DNA of 63,564 nucleotides, the filler included, from Octopus bimaculoides (lineage: Eukaryota): assembly GCF_001194135.2 (NCBI RefSeq). It is 6 parts of 6 records of this genome, joined end to end, with 100 filler letters (N's around TTAATTAATTAA, not from the genome) between each part and the next. Parts side by side here need not be neighbours in the genome. Positions count along the whole stretch, not along the records: positions 1 to 30,813 come from NC_068983.1; 5 more parts are not named here. One strand, given 5' to 3'. The notes under the pieces were generated by a model that was not told where the DNA came from, did no database searches, and saw only the letters and a program-made list of their open reading frames with translations. Shown in pieces: positions 1 to 13,384 of the stretch. Each line of letters begins with the position of its first letter. Within the stretch, counting starts at the first letter, position 1. The position numbers and the translations under genes were made by a program.

Positions 1-365
1 AGGTATTTCTCCTGCAGCTGTCTTACTAGAAATATGGCATCAGTAGTGCTTTTACCTGGCACGAACCCAAACTGCATCTCATCTAAATTGATTCGCTCCC
101 TAATTAGTTGGGCTATGACCCTTTCCGTAACTTTCATAACCTGATCTAACAGCTTGATGCCTCTGTAATTATTTGTATCTAAAGCGTCACCTTTACTTTT
201 GTAGCAGTTGACTATGGTGCTGCTACACCAGTCATTGGGTATGACTCCTTCGTGTATCACCTGGTTTGTAATACGGGTGACTAGGCTGTAGCCAACACTG
301 CCAGATATTTTGAGCATCTCTGCAGTGATTCCTGATGGGCCGGCGGCTTTCCCTGTCTTCATACT
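1..365 (-). mobile_element. RTE-clade non-LTR retrotransposon, reverse transcriptase fragment (runs off the window start)
   Basis: My translation of the minus strand is open for about 120 codons: KTGKAAGPSGITAEMLK...PNDWCSSTIVNCYKSKGDALDTNNYRGIKLLDQVMKVTERVI...EMQFGFVPGKSTTDAIFLVRQLQEKY. These are the KAxGPxG, NYRGIxL and QFGF..GxSTTDAIF motifs of LINE RTs. Confidence 0.92.
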
Positions 366-444
366 CTTATATATATATATTTACAATAATATATATATAT
401 ATATTACAAATATATATATATATTACAAATATATATATATATAT

Positions 445-850
445 TGGAACATGTGCCAGTGGCATGTGAAAAACAACATTCGAGCATGGTNNNNNNNNNN
501 TTGGAACATGTGCCAGTGGCATGTGAAAAACAACATTCGAGCATGGTCATTGCCAGTGCCGCCAGACTGGCTCCCATGCAGGTGGCACGTAAAAAGCACC
601 TTTTGAGCATGGCCTTTGCCAGCACCGCCTGAGTGGCCCTTGTGCCGGTGGCACATGAAAGCACCCACTACACTCTCAGAGCAGTTGGCGTTAGGAAGGG
701 TATCCAGCTGTAGAAACTTTGCCAGATCAGATTGGAGCCTGGTGCAGCCTTCTGGCTCGCCAGTCCTCTGTCAAACCGTCCAACCCATGCCAGCATGGAA
801 AGTGGACGTTAAACGACGACAACGACAATGGTGATGATAATGATGATGAA
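445..850 (+). mobile_element. RTE 3'-UTR-type retroposon copy with (GAT)n tail
   Basis: Contains gttggcgttaggaagggtatccagctgtagaaac...ccatgccagcatggaaagtggacgttaaacgacgac...gatgat, matching the 3' end of the RTE copy at 27244-28115. Internal subrepeats of roughly 75 bp. Confidence 0.8.
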
Positions 851-1857
851 TCGTTTTTAATGGTGGAACTCAAAGTAGATAAAGTTATATATAATAATAA
901 AGCTATAAAATAATCTGGTAATATTGCACTTTCAGGAATGAATCTAATGAGCACTCCCATATTTTAAAAACAAGTAAGCTTTTGTGACAGGAAAAGCATC
1001 CAGCTGCAAAAACAGTGCATTCTTCTAAACATTATTATACTGGAAAAATTAATGTGAAAAAAAAAAATGAATGAACAAAAGCTAGGGCTGTCATTCAGAA
1101 GTGTGAATAGCATGATATGAGCTTGAACCATGTTTAGGATATCTATGTAGCCAGAAGCAGACATGGACACCCTCTGTCCTCTTACCCTTGACCTTGCCAA
1201 ATAAACAGGATTTCACAGTCAGACAGCGTGCTGCATCAACTCTGAGTTTGTTCTTGATCAAAACTGAAAGGATGAAGGGTAGATTTGAACTCACTGGGGT
1301 CAAACTATTGATTGCCTTATATATATCATATATATATAACAAAGTTATTAGAGTGGGATTATCAACCCAGGCAAAATACTTTATAAGCACTCTGTTAGTT
1401 CACCTGGCTAGCAATATTGTTCAGATTAATAGAGAATGTGTTTTCTTGTGGCAGGATCTAAATAAAATGACTCTGACGAAAGTAGCATTAATTTTCGAGA
1501 TCATTCAATTTTTCTCAATCCATCAATTGGTTGATTGAGTAAACTTATCAATAACAAACCTATAATGACTACTGAAGTCAGCTGTAAGTCAAATTTACTG
1601 CAATAAAGAAATATGTAATGACCTTTATTTATGCCTTGTCTGATATATATATTTTTCAAAAGAATCTCCAGTAGCTGGATAACTGAAGAGATGGTTGGAG
1701 CGGAACCCCGCCCGAGCATCGGAAACTCAGAGTTTTATCATGGCTACTGAATAAGTGTCACATATNNNNNNNNNNCATTCATGTCCGTTTCTTTATCATT
1801 ATTGTGGTTTATGTGCCCTAATATTAGACTATTTTCTGTAGTCAATCTATGATGAAG

Positions 1858-2075
1858 GGTTAGGGCAGCAAGCTGGCAGAATTGTTAGCATGCTGGACGA
1901 AATGCTTTGCAGTATTTCGTCTGCCATTAGTTCAAATTCTGCTGAGGGCAACTTTGCTCTTCATCCTTTCAGGGTTGATTAAATAAGTACCAGTTACACA
2001 CTGGTATCGATGTAATCAACTTAATCCCTTTGTATGTCCTTGTTTGTTCCCTCTATGGGCAATAAAGAAATAAAT
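1858..2075 (+). mobile_element. tRNA-derived SINE with Nin/Deu-like central domain (decayed)
   Basis: gcaagctggcagaattgttagc head, then tcatcctttcagggttgattaaataagtaccag core. Many homologous copies in the window. Confidence 0.8.
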
Positions 2076-2145
2076 ATATGATGATGGGTTATAAATCTAT
2101 TTATAAAATTTCACATGCCACCATTTCCTAAATCACACAGAATTA

Positions 2146-2184
<39 letters not shown>

Positions 2185-2725
2185 AAAATGAAAAAAAAGC
2201 CAGAATGCTGAACTGGAAGCATAATTTAATAAAGATTTTTTCTAACCGGTTTTCATTGCGAAGAAGCAAATTATCAAGAAGAAGGAGAATGAAAATGTTT
2301 TTTTACAAAGAAGTACAAAATGAAGAAAATAATATATAAAACAATAATATATTATTGTTTTATAATATTATTGTTTTATATATTATTTTCTTCATTTTGT
2401 ACTTCTTTGTAAAAAAACATTTTCATTCTCCTTCTTCTTNNNNNNNNNNNNNNNNNNNNNNNNNNNNNNNNNNNNNNNNNNNNNNNNNNNNNNNNNNNNN
2501 NNNNNNNNNNNNNNNNNNNNNNNNNNNNNNNNNNNNNNNNNNNNNNNNNNNNNNNNNNNNNNNNNNNNNNNNNNNNNNNNNNNNNNNNNNNNNNNNNNNN
2601 NNNNNNNNNNNNNNNNNNNNNNNNNNNNNNNNNNNNNNNNNNNNNNNNNNNNNNNNNNNNNNNNNNNNNNNNNNNNNNNNNNNNNNNNNNNNNNNNNNNN
2701 NNNNNNNNNNNNNNNNNNNNNNNNN

Positions 2726-2782
<57 letters not shown>

Positions 2783-2929
2783 GAAGAATGTTTAAGGATG
2801 AGAGTTTAAGCCAAGATAAGCATGATGTGCTTATGCAATAACATGTGGGGATGGGGGTGCGTGTATTACACAAAATATTATTTGCAACAAACTGCTTAAG
2901 TTTCATGCTAGAAAAAAAAGATCTGACTT

Positions 2930-3320
2930 AGCTTAGATCAAGTTGTCACCATCACATTCTTGCTATCATCAGATTGGTCCAGAAAATGACTTCCAATAGT
3001 ATTTTGAGGGAAAATGTTATTTGAGAGTGATGTTCTCTGGTGTTGCTTGTAAAAAGAAAAATAGTAGATTTGGTACATGCTACTATAAGTAAGTTGTTTT
3101 TGAAATAGGTTTCTAGAAGGGTGACATAGTTTTGGAGATTTTGTACGACTATGTATGGGAAGTGGTAACATGATATGACTGTCTTGTCATCAATACATGA
3201 AGCTGTGTGTATGTTTTGAAAGGTTTGGAAAGGCTGTATAGGTACAGTTTGAAAAGAGACTAGATGAAAAGTGATTTTTGTGCCATTCCATTTTGAGAAA
3301 CTGCAGATTCTAGGTTTGTT
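2930..3320 (-). mobile_element. Highly degenerate LINE RT C-terminal remnant (tentative)
   Basis: Minus-strand YVTLLETYFKNNLLIVACTKSTIFLF resembles the RT domain-7 'W..N.L..N..KT' region. A similar decayed stretch lies at 4400-4770. Confidence 0.3.
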
Positions 3321-3324
3321 ATTC

Positions 3325-3700
3325 ATCATCATCATCATCATCATCATCATTATCATTTAATGTCTGTTCTCTATGCTGTCATTGGTTGGACAATACAATG
3401 GGATCTGGTGAGTCAGAGATTTGTTATGCTGCAGTGCTTGCTTTATGGTTTGTATGGTCAGATGGTTGGGTGCCCTTTCTTATGCCAACCATTTTACAGA
3501 GTGTAGTGGGTGCTTTTTATATGGCATCAGCACCAGTGGGGCTGCCAGACAAAACCCTTCAGCTGAGGGAGCAGTAATGCTGAGAGAGGTGGCTTTCTAT
3601 AAGGTGATGAGAGACTAAAGTATAGTAGAGGGACAGGAATAGGTGTCTTGCTATAGGTGAGATACATGTTTACCACAGTTGGAAAACAGAGAAGATGGTG
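3325..3700 (-). mobile_element. RTE 3'-UTR-type retroposon copy
   Basis: (CAT)n followed by ttaatgtctgttctctatgctg...gtgccctttcttatgccaacc...gagtgtagtgggtgcttttt, the reverse complement of the tail family. Confidence 0.7.
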
Positions 3701-4789
3701 GTAAAGACATCACCTTGATGCATTTTCTTATCATTGTATACTATTCATGTTGGTCAACCTGGGACACATAGCTGCTTGCTTGCTTGCTTGCTTGCTTTAT
3801 GCTCTAGATGGAGCTGGGGTGGTCCCAGGTTAGTAGTCCCAGGAACATCATTATGTGTAAAGTTGTCCAGGTCCACCAGTGCTCTCTAATGCTGGTGGTC
3901 CCATGCCAGACTCTCTGCATTCTACATAGTCAGTGTCGAGATATTTGTGTATAAGTTAATATGTAACTGCAACTTATATGGGATAACTTTACAATAAAGA
4001 GTGGAAAGTACAATTTTCTGTAAGCCGCATGATCCCAGCACACGAAATGGAAAAGGCGTTGCCCCAGAGAATGGTGAGTAAGATGTGCTGGAATAGCCAT
4101 TCTGACTCACAGGGATAGTCACTCTGACTCATGGGGCTCACACTTGTGAATAGCCATCTCTGCCCTGTTAGTAGTGAGCAGGTATATGGCTTGAAGGCCA
4201 AGAACACTGGAGATTTTACATAGCCATAGTTTTGACCACAAACCTGTCAGAGAGCAACTGATACCTTGACAGTTTGCTTTTTTCAATCTGACAAGCAGCA
4301 GAGCCAGGGCTCATAGATGACCACACTAAATTGCCCCTGGAGAAGCTGAATGTTGGAGAACAGAATTGAAAACGTTGCTGATGTTGATGTTGGTGATAAT
4401 TAGAATGATGCATGCGTGATTTTTAATTGATGAATTTTTATTGAGGGAAAGTAGTGGCCTGAATCCTTGTTGTGAGTTAGGAATAGCAACGTGTAAATTG
4501 GCAATGTCATTGTAGAGTTTTTATATGATTTTTTTAAAGTAAACAAAGGAAAGTAATGAGTCTGTTTAATACTGTTTTGGTTAGGAATTGGGTGGGTCTT
4601 AAAGCTGTGATGATTTTCATCAGTATCCAGATTCTGGGAATTAAGTAGTATTGATATGATTGGTTGAAGATCATTATTTCTTGTTAAGGTTTTATTCTGA
4701 GATTGTTGAGATATCTTGTAATGGGGTTGCAGCAGATGTTCTCTACTGTGATTCTTGCAGATTTTCAATTATATATAGTAGTCATGATC

Positions 4790-5275
4790 AATGTGCGTGT
4801 GTGTGTGTGTGTGAGAGCGTGTGTGTGTGTGTGTGTGTGCATGTGTATGTGTGTGCATGTGTGTGTGTGTGAGCGTGTGTGTGCGTGCACGTGCAAGTGT
4901 GTGTGTGTGTGCATGTTTGTGTGTGTTTGTGTGTATGTATATTTGCGTTTATGTATATGTGTGTATGTATATTTGTTTTGTGTATGTGTGTGTGTGCGTG
5001 CGTGTGTGTGTGTATGGACGTATGTGTGTGTATATTTGTGTGTGTGTGTGTGTGTATATGTGTGTGTATTGTATGTATGTATATTTGTGTTTGTATGTGT
5101 GCTTGCATGTGTGCATGTTTGTGTGTGTGAATGTATATGCATATGTGTGTGTGTATATGTATATTTGTGCTTGTGTGACTATGTATATATGCGTTTGTGT
5201 GTGTGTGTCTGTGTTTGTGCGCATGTGTATGCATGTGTGTGTGTATGTGTGCATTTGTGTATGTGTATGTGTGTT
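4790..5275. repeat. Degenerate (TG)n/(TGTA)n microsatellite tract
   Basis: Seen directly; it generates the VCVC/HTHT pseudo-ORFs. Confidence 0.95.
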
Positions 5276-5764
5276 TACTGTCAGGATCTCAGGAAATGTA
5301 GATTTAGGTCGAGTTAAATAAATTAGACATTGTTGAAGACAATTACATTATAAAATATAAAATTATTTTACTATTTATTTAACAGATACCATTATTTTCC
5401 ACTTGTTCCTAAGGCTGTTTTTATTTACAAGGAATCCCTTTTTAGATTAAAAATAAACTAAAATCCTCACCCCTTTCTCTCTCCCCTTGCACCTTTCACT
5501 TACCTCTTCCCAACGTGGGTAAAAATGACCCAAGGCTAACGTTGAGAATCATATGTGTGATTACATATTTTGTATGAAGATTTCTCTCTTTCTTCATCCC
5601 CTCCTTCCTTTCTTCCTTTCTTTTTTTCTGTGTTTTCTTTGTTTATTACTTTTCTTTTTTCACTATCTTCTTTTTCCTTAATTTACATTTTATTTTCTTT
5701 CCTTCTCTGTTAGTTTATTTGTTTCTATCTTCTATCCTTTCACGCTATGTTTTATGTTATGCAT

Positions 5765-5766
5765 AT

Positions 5767-5801
<35 letters not shown>

Positions 5802-5960
5802 TATTTAATGTCTGTTTTCCATACTGGCATGGGTTGGACGGTTTGACCGGAGCTGGTAAGGCCAAGGGCTGCACCAGGCCCTACTGTCTGTTTTGGCATG
5901 GTTTCTATAGCTGAATGCCCTTCCTAATGCCAACCACTCCATAGAGTGCGCTGGTTGATT
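5765..5960 (-). mobile_element. RTE 3'-UTR-type retroposon copy (5'-truncated)
   Basis: (CAT)n then ttaatgtctgttttccatactggcatgggttggacgg...ctgaatgcccttcctaatgccaaccactcc. Confidence 0.8.
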
Positions 5961-5985
5961 TTAACATGGCACATATATGTGCATG

Positions 5986-6036
<51 letters not shown>

Positions 6037-6047
6037 GTACATATGTA

Positions 6048-7684
6048 CAAGGAGTGTAAGATATTTGAGGACAAATTTATGTTTATAAAAAGCAGATATA
6101 TAATAACAGATAACTTTATTTATCAAAAAATGCTATAAGGATAAAAATAAATCTTCTTTTCTATAATGTTATTCAATAAAGCCANNNNNNNNNNNNNNNN
6201 NNNNNNNNNNNNNNNNNNNNNNNNNNNNNNNNNNNNNNNNNNNNNNNNNNNNNNNNNNNNNNNNNNNNNNNNNNNNNNNNNNNNNNNNNNNNNNNNNNNN
6301 NNNNNNNNNNNNNNNNNNNNNNNNNNNNNNNNNNNNNNNNNNNNNNNNNNNNNNNNNNNNNNNNNNNNNNNNNNNNNNNNNNNNNNNNNNNNNNNNNNNN
6401 NNNNNNNNNNNNNNNNNNNNNNNNNNNNNNNNNNNNNNNNNNNNNNNNNNNNNNNNNNNNNNNNNNNNNNNNNNNNNNNNNNNNNNNNNNNNNNNNNNNN
6501 NNNNNNNNNNNNNNNNNNNNNNNNNNNNNNNNNNNNNNNNNNNNNNNNNNNNNNNNNNNNNNNNNNNNNNNNNNNNNNNNNNNNNNNNNNNNNNNNNNNN
6601 NNNNNNNNNNNNNNNNNTTCAATAAAGCCAGCTGCTTCTATATGAGATCTAAATCATCTACATGCTCGAATCAAGTGGTCCTGGTTCATTTTGGACATTA
6701 CTCTGACTGTGGCAGCTTTCAAAGAATCCTTGATGTTATGAGCATGTTCATTGAGCTCTCCCTCAACAACACTCCACGTGTAAATAGTCCAAAGGATTGA
6801 GATCTGGGAAACTAGGAGGCCAAATGTTAGGGGTTATGTGATCATGAAAATTTTTAGCCATCCATTCCTGTGTTACTAGAGCCATGTGTCTTCCATTGCA
6901 TACACTGTCTATTCAGAGCTTAACAATTATTTCCAGGACCTCAATGTAGGTGGCAGAGTTAACTCTAAGGTCTTGTAGAAAGAAGTAAGGAGGCATCACA
7001 TGTCCTTCATTGCTGACAGCCCCTAAAACCATGACAGTTGCAGGAAATTTTGTATGCATAACACTTGGAACTTCAGAGGGGTCTGCACATAACCATCTGT
7101 CATTTCTTCTGTTAACTTTTTGATCTTGGTCGAAAAACCAAATCAAATCTTCTGCTGGATTTTTCAGTTTGTTTAAGAGCTTTTTAGATCTGATGTAGTG
7201 ATTTTCTTTTGGTTTTTCTCACAAATTGACCTTCCCTCATCATAAAAGACTTATATCTAATGTCTTCGTGGGCAACATTTCTGACTTTTCCTTCTGACAC
7301 ATGGAGATCTTTTACAATTAACCTCATGGGCTTTCTGGGATTGTAATCAATGGTCTGTTGAACTTGCGAGATAAATTCAGGTGTTCTGATGATTTCAGAG
7401 CATTTAGAATGCTTTTTATGCTTTGATACTGGTGATACATTTCCATCTTCAGTATCTAGTTCCTTACAAACCTTGTAGATGAAAGATCTGGCAACTTTTA
7501 AAAATCGAAATATTTCTAAATCGCTATGCTCAGCCTTTATAACCACAATAACAGCATGCCTCTTCATTTCTTGAGTTAGCTGAGTGTCTGCCATTATCAT
7601 TTTTTGAAACAAAGATTATACAGAGTTAGCAAAAAATGCCGCAATGACCCAAAAGGTATGTCCTCAAATACCTTACACACCCTG
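6048..7684 (-). mobile_element. Tc1/mariner DNA transposon with both TIRs and a decayed transposase
   Basis: Left TA|caaggagtgtaagatatttgaggaca and right tgtcctcaaataccttacacaccctg|TA are inverted repeats. Minus strand encodes a paired HTH region (ORF 7184-7612), TKFPATVMVLGAVSNEGHVMPPYFF (6913-7146) and WPPSFPDLNPLDY near 6800-6830. Frameshifted. Confidence 0.9.
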
Positions 7685-7930
7685 TATATGTATTTTATAA
7701 GTACATATATACAATGGACTTCTTTCAGCTTTTCTCTTCCAAATCTACTCACAAGATTTTGGTTGGCATGAAGTTGTAGGGATCTAGTTTGACCCTGCCT
7801 GAGATTTGAAACCAAATCCATCTGCTTGTTGCTTCTGAAAATGAGTGGGAAATCCTCTCCACACCAGATGATTAATGAGGAAGCATTCGACTCCCTAGGA
7901 CCTGTGCTGGTCAAGGAAAGGTCAGTCCTT

Positions 7931-8414
7931 TGTTTAGGATGTGACCTACATTACCGACCATAGTCTATTTAACAGAAAGAATTTCCTATCTCTTCTTCTT
8001 ATGTATAAGCTATGACCAAGGAGCAACACCTTCTCTTTTGTGTTAGCTGGACCAACAAGCTTCACACTCTTTTGCATCAGCCATGACCAAGAGCAACACT
8101 TCCCTTTCCGCCACAAGAAAAACGATGCCACCCTTATCCTCTCTTCCTTTCTAGTCAGCACCGTGCATTCCTGACTCTTTCACTCTCTACTGACAGACAA
8201 CCTTTTTTTACACTATCAACTACTAACCAGCGAGCCATCCTTGTAGATACTATCACTAGAATTGCTACTGTCTCTTTAACTACCCATCAGACAAATGAAT
8301 AAACATATGTAAATAATATTTCGTCTTTCTTGGTGTTTATTCTTCAAAGTTTACTGGTTCTCTGATGCGAGAACCTTCAAGTGTTACATCTACTTGCTAC
8401 ATTTGGTAGTGAGC
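7931..8414 (+). mobile_element. Possible LTR with adjacent PBS-like remnant
   Basis: TGT...ACA boundaries (7931-8401), an internal TATA-like tgtataag and an AATAAA, followed by tt-tggtagtgagc resembling a TGGTAGCAGAGC-type primer-binding site. No TSD seen. Confidence 0.35.
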
Positions 8415-8454
8415 TACATCATATCGATCTGATATGGCAGATCACATCCAGCCT

Positions 8455-8568
8455 GCAACAAGGTTATAGTTGAAGATACTTACCCATGGAACCACACAGT
8501 GGCACTGAACTCAAAACCACGTGGTTGAGTAGCAAGCTTCTTACCACACAGCCATGCCTGCGCCCATG
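8455..8568 (-). mobile_element. tRNA-derived SINE head fragment (ggagtggctgtgtggtaag family)
   Basis: Reverse complement reads ggcgcaggcatggctgtgtggtaagaagcttgctactcaaccacgtgg. Confidence 0.75.
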
Positions 8569-9849
8569 AGTATGTTTTAAACAAAATGGAAATTTAAACA
8601 CACGAAACAGAATTTGGAAAATGAGTGTAGAGGAATACCAATATATCTAAGCCATATCAACAAATGCATTTTTCAGTATTTTAAATTAATTGGTTTTTGC
8701 ACTTTTACAATGTAATAAAGTAATGTGAAATTGCTTTACACAACACATATATCACCAAACAATCACCTACAAAGACAGAGAGATAAATTAGATGTAAAGT
8801 AGGTAGGTTTTTTCAGCCAATAATGGCCTAGAATATGTCTAACTTAATTGCACCACATAGAGTAGTATGTATGTTATGTAACAGAACTAAAAGTCAAAAA
8901 TATGTCTAATATTCAAATCAGTTTACTTGGTTTAGATATGAGTGTAATAAGAGTAACTTCAAATACAATTTCACAGTGGTCATAAAATATAGGGTAGTTG
9001 ATTACTGATGAAGGTTAATAAACAAGAAACTACTTTCCATGGTGAGGTTGTATAATAAACATGAAAAATGTTTTACAACTGTCCTATATGTCTAATAAAT
9101 ATAAATTAGTTTAATTTACTTACTGAAATATTGACAGCTCAAAACAAATGGATGTAATCCATAATAAAGCTTACTCTGTCATCATCATTATCTTCATCCT
9201 CATCATCATCATTTAATGTTCACTTTTCTATATTTGCATGGGTCTAACCAAATTTATTGAGGCAGATTTTTTACAGCTGGATGCCCTTTCTGTCATTAAC
9301 CCTCACTTTTTTCCAAGCAAGATAATATTTTTCCATAGCTAGACATGTTTTCTCCAGAAGACTGAAAACAAAAAACCTCTCTTGTATGATAATATATTCA
9401 TTTACAACCATCACATGATGTCTAGACAAGGGTACATACAAACATAAAGCATGTTTATGTGAATTGACAGTAAGTTCCTAGAGGAAGAAGGATCATATAT
9501 TGACCAGAAGAAGTTGTGATTATGAAAGGAAAGAGAGAATGTAAGGAATGTCGATAACAAGATACTTGGCTTCACAGAAGGGATGACACTTCATCATACC
9601 TCGTACTGTTAATAGCAGCAGCACGGTAATAAAGCAAATATTTGATGATACTGATGATGTGATTTGGTTGCTGCATGTGTGAGAATGTATGTGAGTGTGT
9701 ACATGAGTATGTGTGTGTGTTTATGTGAGTGAGTGATGCTTTGATGTCAAAATAGAGAACTTCAATTTATTTCCTATTAACACCATTAAGTGCAAGAATA
9801 ATTTTACACAAAGACTCACTTACTATTAATATTATCATTTTATTATTCA

Positions 9850-10130
9850 GGACAGTGAGCTGGCAGAGCCATTAACACACTGGACAAAATGCTTAGTGGT
9901 ATTTCAGCTGTCTTCAAGTTCTGAGCTCAAATTCCGCCAGACTCAAATTCACCATAGTGGCATTTTGTCTGTCTTTATGTTCCAAGCTCAACTTCCACTG
10001 AGGTCAACTTTACCTTTCATCCTTCTGAGGTCGATAAAATAAGTACCAGTCAAGTACTGGGGTTAATGTAATCAACTTCTCTTTCCCCTCAAAAATTGCT
10101 GGCCCGCTGCCAAAATTTGAAACCATTATT
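9850..10130 (+). mobile_element. Nin/Deu-domain SINE with internal partial duplication
   Basis: gtgagctggcagagcc head, a repeated tRNA-like B-box segment, then tttcatccttctgaggtcgataaaataagtaccag core. Confidence 0.8.
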
Positions 10131-12150
10131 ATTATATTCTTTGTAATTGTAAATGTGAGTCACTCATGGCTTCTGCCAGTTTAGATAACTAGGTACCACT
10201 GATACCAAACAGTAAACACAGTGTAGATTAGTTGTTGGAATTTGGGAAAATATCTAGCTGGGAAAATAATGATCCAATAATTTATGCAAATGTCAGAATT
10301 TTTAGAATTTTCCAACCCTCAATGACATGGTAAATGCAATTCAAATGCAGTAGTTTTTTAAAATCTGACATAAAACCATAAGGTCATAACCTGGGGAAGT
10401 CAGAAAATATCTGATTTGTTTTTAGAATTTTTTCATTGTTTTAATAACTTATCCATAAATATTAAGATTTAACTGAGAATAATAAAAGCCCACTTTTTGT
10501 GAGTTCAAGGAATTCCACCATTTAGCTACATTTTTTTTTTTTTTTTCTGACAAGGGAAATAGATTTTGATTTATTCTGCTTTTTGTATCACCACAACTAC
10601 AGCTTGACAGGAGAAGTTATTGTCATTAGAAACATTGTTAAATAAACAAAAATGTCTGAATCATTTTCACTTATTCAGTAAAAATATGTTTTTTCGGTGT
10701 TATCAAGTTTGTTAATTTGTTTGTAACATACCTCCCTGTCATTTCTCTGAACTTCAATAAAAATAACTATTTTAGTTTACTTCTGCTTCAGTGATTTAAT
10801 CACATCAGCTATTATGTTCATACAGCACCTATTATCCATGTTCACCATAGAACCTTTATCATTCTAGTCTTTTTTTGCCTTTTTAAACTTTGAAGTCTAT
10901 CTATTTAGTACATCAGTTGTGATAATTCAGCTTACATTCTGATAAAAAGTAAATGTTTAACCACTATAATATTCTTCAGGGGACATATTGTACTCAATGA
11001 TCTAGATGATAGCTAGTTAACAAACCAGCAGGATGACAATAAATAATGTCTCCAAGTCAGATCAGTCAAATGAAACTGGAATATTTAACCTATGGGCATT
11101 CGACCATATCATGTATATATGCTGACTCCATTCCATTTCATTGCTTTTTCTACCCACACATACACACACTTCAGTAGAAAATACATGCATATATATATAA
11201 ATAAACAAGACGACATAAAATTGTTTCTATTTCTTTCTAAGCAATTAAATTAATACTAAATATAGGAATTTGAAATAGAGATGAAACCTAAGATATATCA
11301 AAGCATTATATTCATAAATAACCAAAATGTCTCTGAGTCAGTTTGAAAACAGTTGAAAGATTTTGTCACAAACAGGTAACTTTCTTTCCATTAAACATTA
11401 AAACAAAAAGAAAGCAGTCTAATGAAATCATACTTGTTTAACATGTGTCTTGTCTGCCAACTGTATTTTTTAACAGTATTTAAAATAACAAAAGAACTTG
11501 GTTACTCATACCACAGTGTTGCAACTGAAGCAGTCATGGTACAGTAATTCTGACTTAATGTTTTCCACAAAAGAAAACACAAAAAACAATGCACAATGGA
11601 ACAAATACATCAAGACTTTTGAGTGACGCAAAATGTTATTAGCATCTAAGAACAAATAGGATCAGTGTCAGTTGAAACATGAGGGAGAATGAGGTTTGGG
11701 AGGGTTGATTTGGAGGTAGGAAATTGAGGAAACATAAGCTAATGTTAATTTATAATTAGATTGTTAAAGATTAGTGATAAAATGTGTGGAAAAATAAATA
11801 GATGGTTCTCATTCTGGCAAACCATGGTATGAAATGAGAATGTGCAGTTGTAGTCCAAATTCAACTACAGCCAGGTGGTATGTAATAACAATCATGCTCA
11901 TCAACAGGATCAATTTTAACACTGCTGGCTCAGTTTGAAAAATATTTTGTTTGACAGGAGTTAAAAACTACATGTTTTTCTTAGCATCAACCACTGCAGT
12001 AGAACAGCACAGCAATATTTGTCATGTGCTGAACATTATGTAAGGTATAATTGTTTTATTGCAGAGAGGTAATTCTCTTTATTGGCTAGGATTCTCTACA
12101 GCTTGAAAAACAACCCACATACTTCCTGTTTATGAAAAGACATCAGAAAA

Positions 12151-12185
<35 letters not shown>

Positions 12186-13384
12186 CAGAGAGCCAGAGAG
12201 AAACCAATTGAAATGCATGGACATTGCAACAAAATGATCAAGAGAGAGAGTAATAGCTATGACAAGAGGAATAGGTAGAGGAGAGGATTGGACAATGTGA
12301 GATTAAGCATGGTATAAAGGTGAAAAGTTACTAGATATAATAGGCAAAATGGGAGAGGGATGAGTTGTACAGATAAACGGAGTTGATGATAAGAGTTGGA
12401 GGCACATGTAGGCATATGTAAGCACATGTAGGTTCCATGGATGTTAGAAAGGAAAAATTAAATAACTTGAGTTGATTGAGTATGAAATGATCAGGAAAAC
12501 AGCATGTGATGGAATATCTGCAAAAGAAACAAACAGAATATTTATAATCTGGAAGTGTTAAATTAAATATTTAGTCAGCCATGAAAAGACGCATTTAAAC
12601 AAACAGGAATAAATCAATAAAAAAGAGAAAGCAAGAGATAAAATAGTAGAAGCTATTTTATTTTGATCTACAATAATAAAACAACTAAAAAAAAGCCATT
12701 ATTTTAAGCTAGGAAAGTCTATATGAAACACTGGAAAAAAAGCAAAAACATTAGGACTTTTTTTTTAACTCAAGCTAATGTAACATTCACAGCCTCTGCC
12801 ATTGGATAGTATGAACTAATGGTTCACAACAAAGTTATTGACCATGTTTGTCAGTTAAAAGAAGAGATCAGACACACAAGTTAAGTAAAATTGCGTCATT
12901 CCTCACTTGTGTCTAAGCAACCATCATGAACAGATAAATGGATCTGATGACAAGAGATGTAAGGCACTGTTGGTGTGATATGGAAATAACTGGAAATACC
13001 TTTTTTTTTTTTTAGTTGAATGAGTATCATCATCACCATCATCATCATCAACACCTTGTTCAATAAAACTTTAAATGTATAAGTCAGGTATTTATGCAAG
13101 CTCTAATAACAAAATATCAATCATAGGTCATAGTTGATATTAGAAATGATAAGCATTAATTTGAGACTCTAACCACCAGGCAACTATGTTACCAGTTATA
13201 CTAGAGGTGGTGGGGGGACTACCATTCCTTCTTCTCATTCTCCCTTGTTTTAAAATAACAGAATAAATTCTTAAGTGCCAATCAAAACAAAGGACTGGCA
13301 GACTCTCTGTGTGTAATAAACCCAGCAAGTGATAGATACAGGGGTTTAGTTCTGTCAGTAGACCTTTCACTCTTGTTTCTGACT

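Noticed and set aside
444-547. Exact 47-bp direct repeat either side of a 10-N gap
   Set aside because: Typical unmerged contig overlap; assembly artefact.
4703-5321. Long Cys/Val- or His/Thr-rich ORFs here and at 31457-33576, 44764-47096, 49650-50890 and 55640-56309
   Set aside because: Translations of di-, tri- and tetranucleotide microsatellites or N runs; no protein signal.
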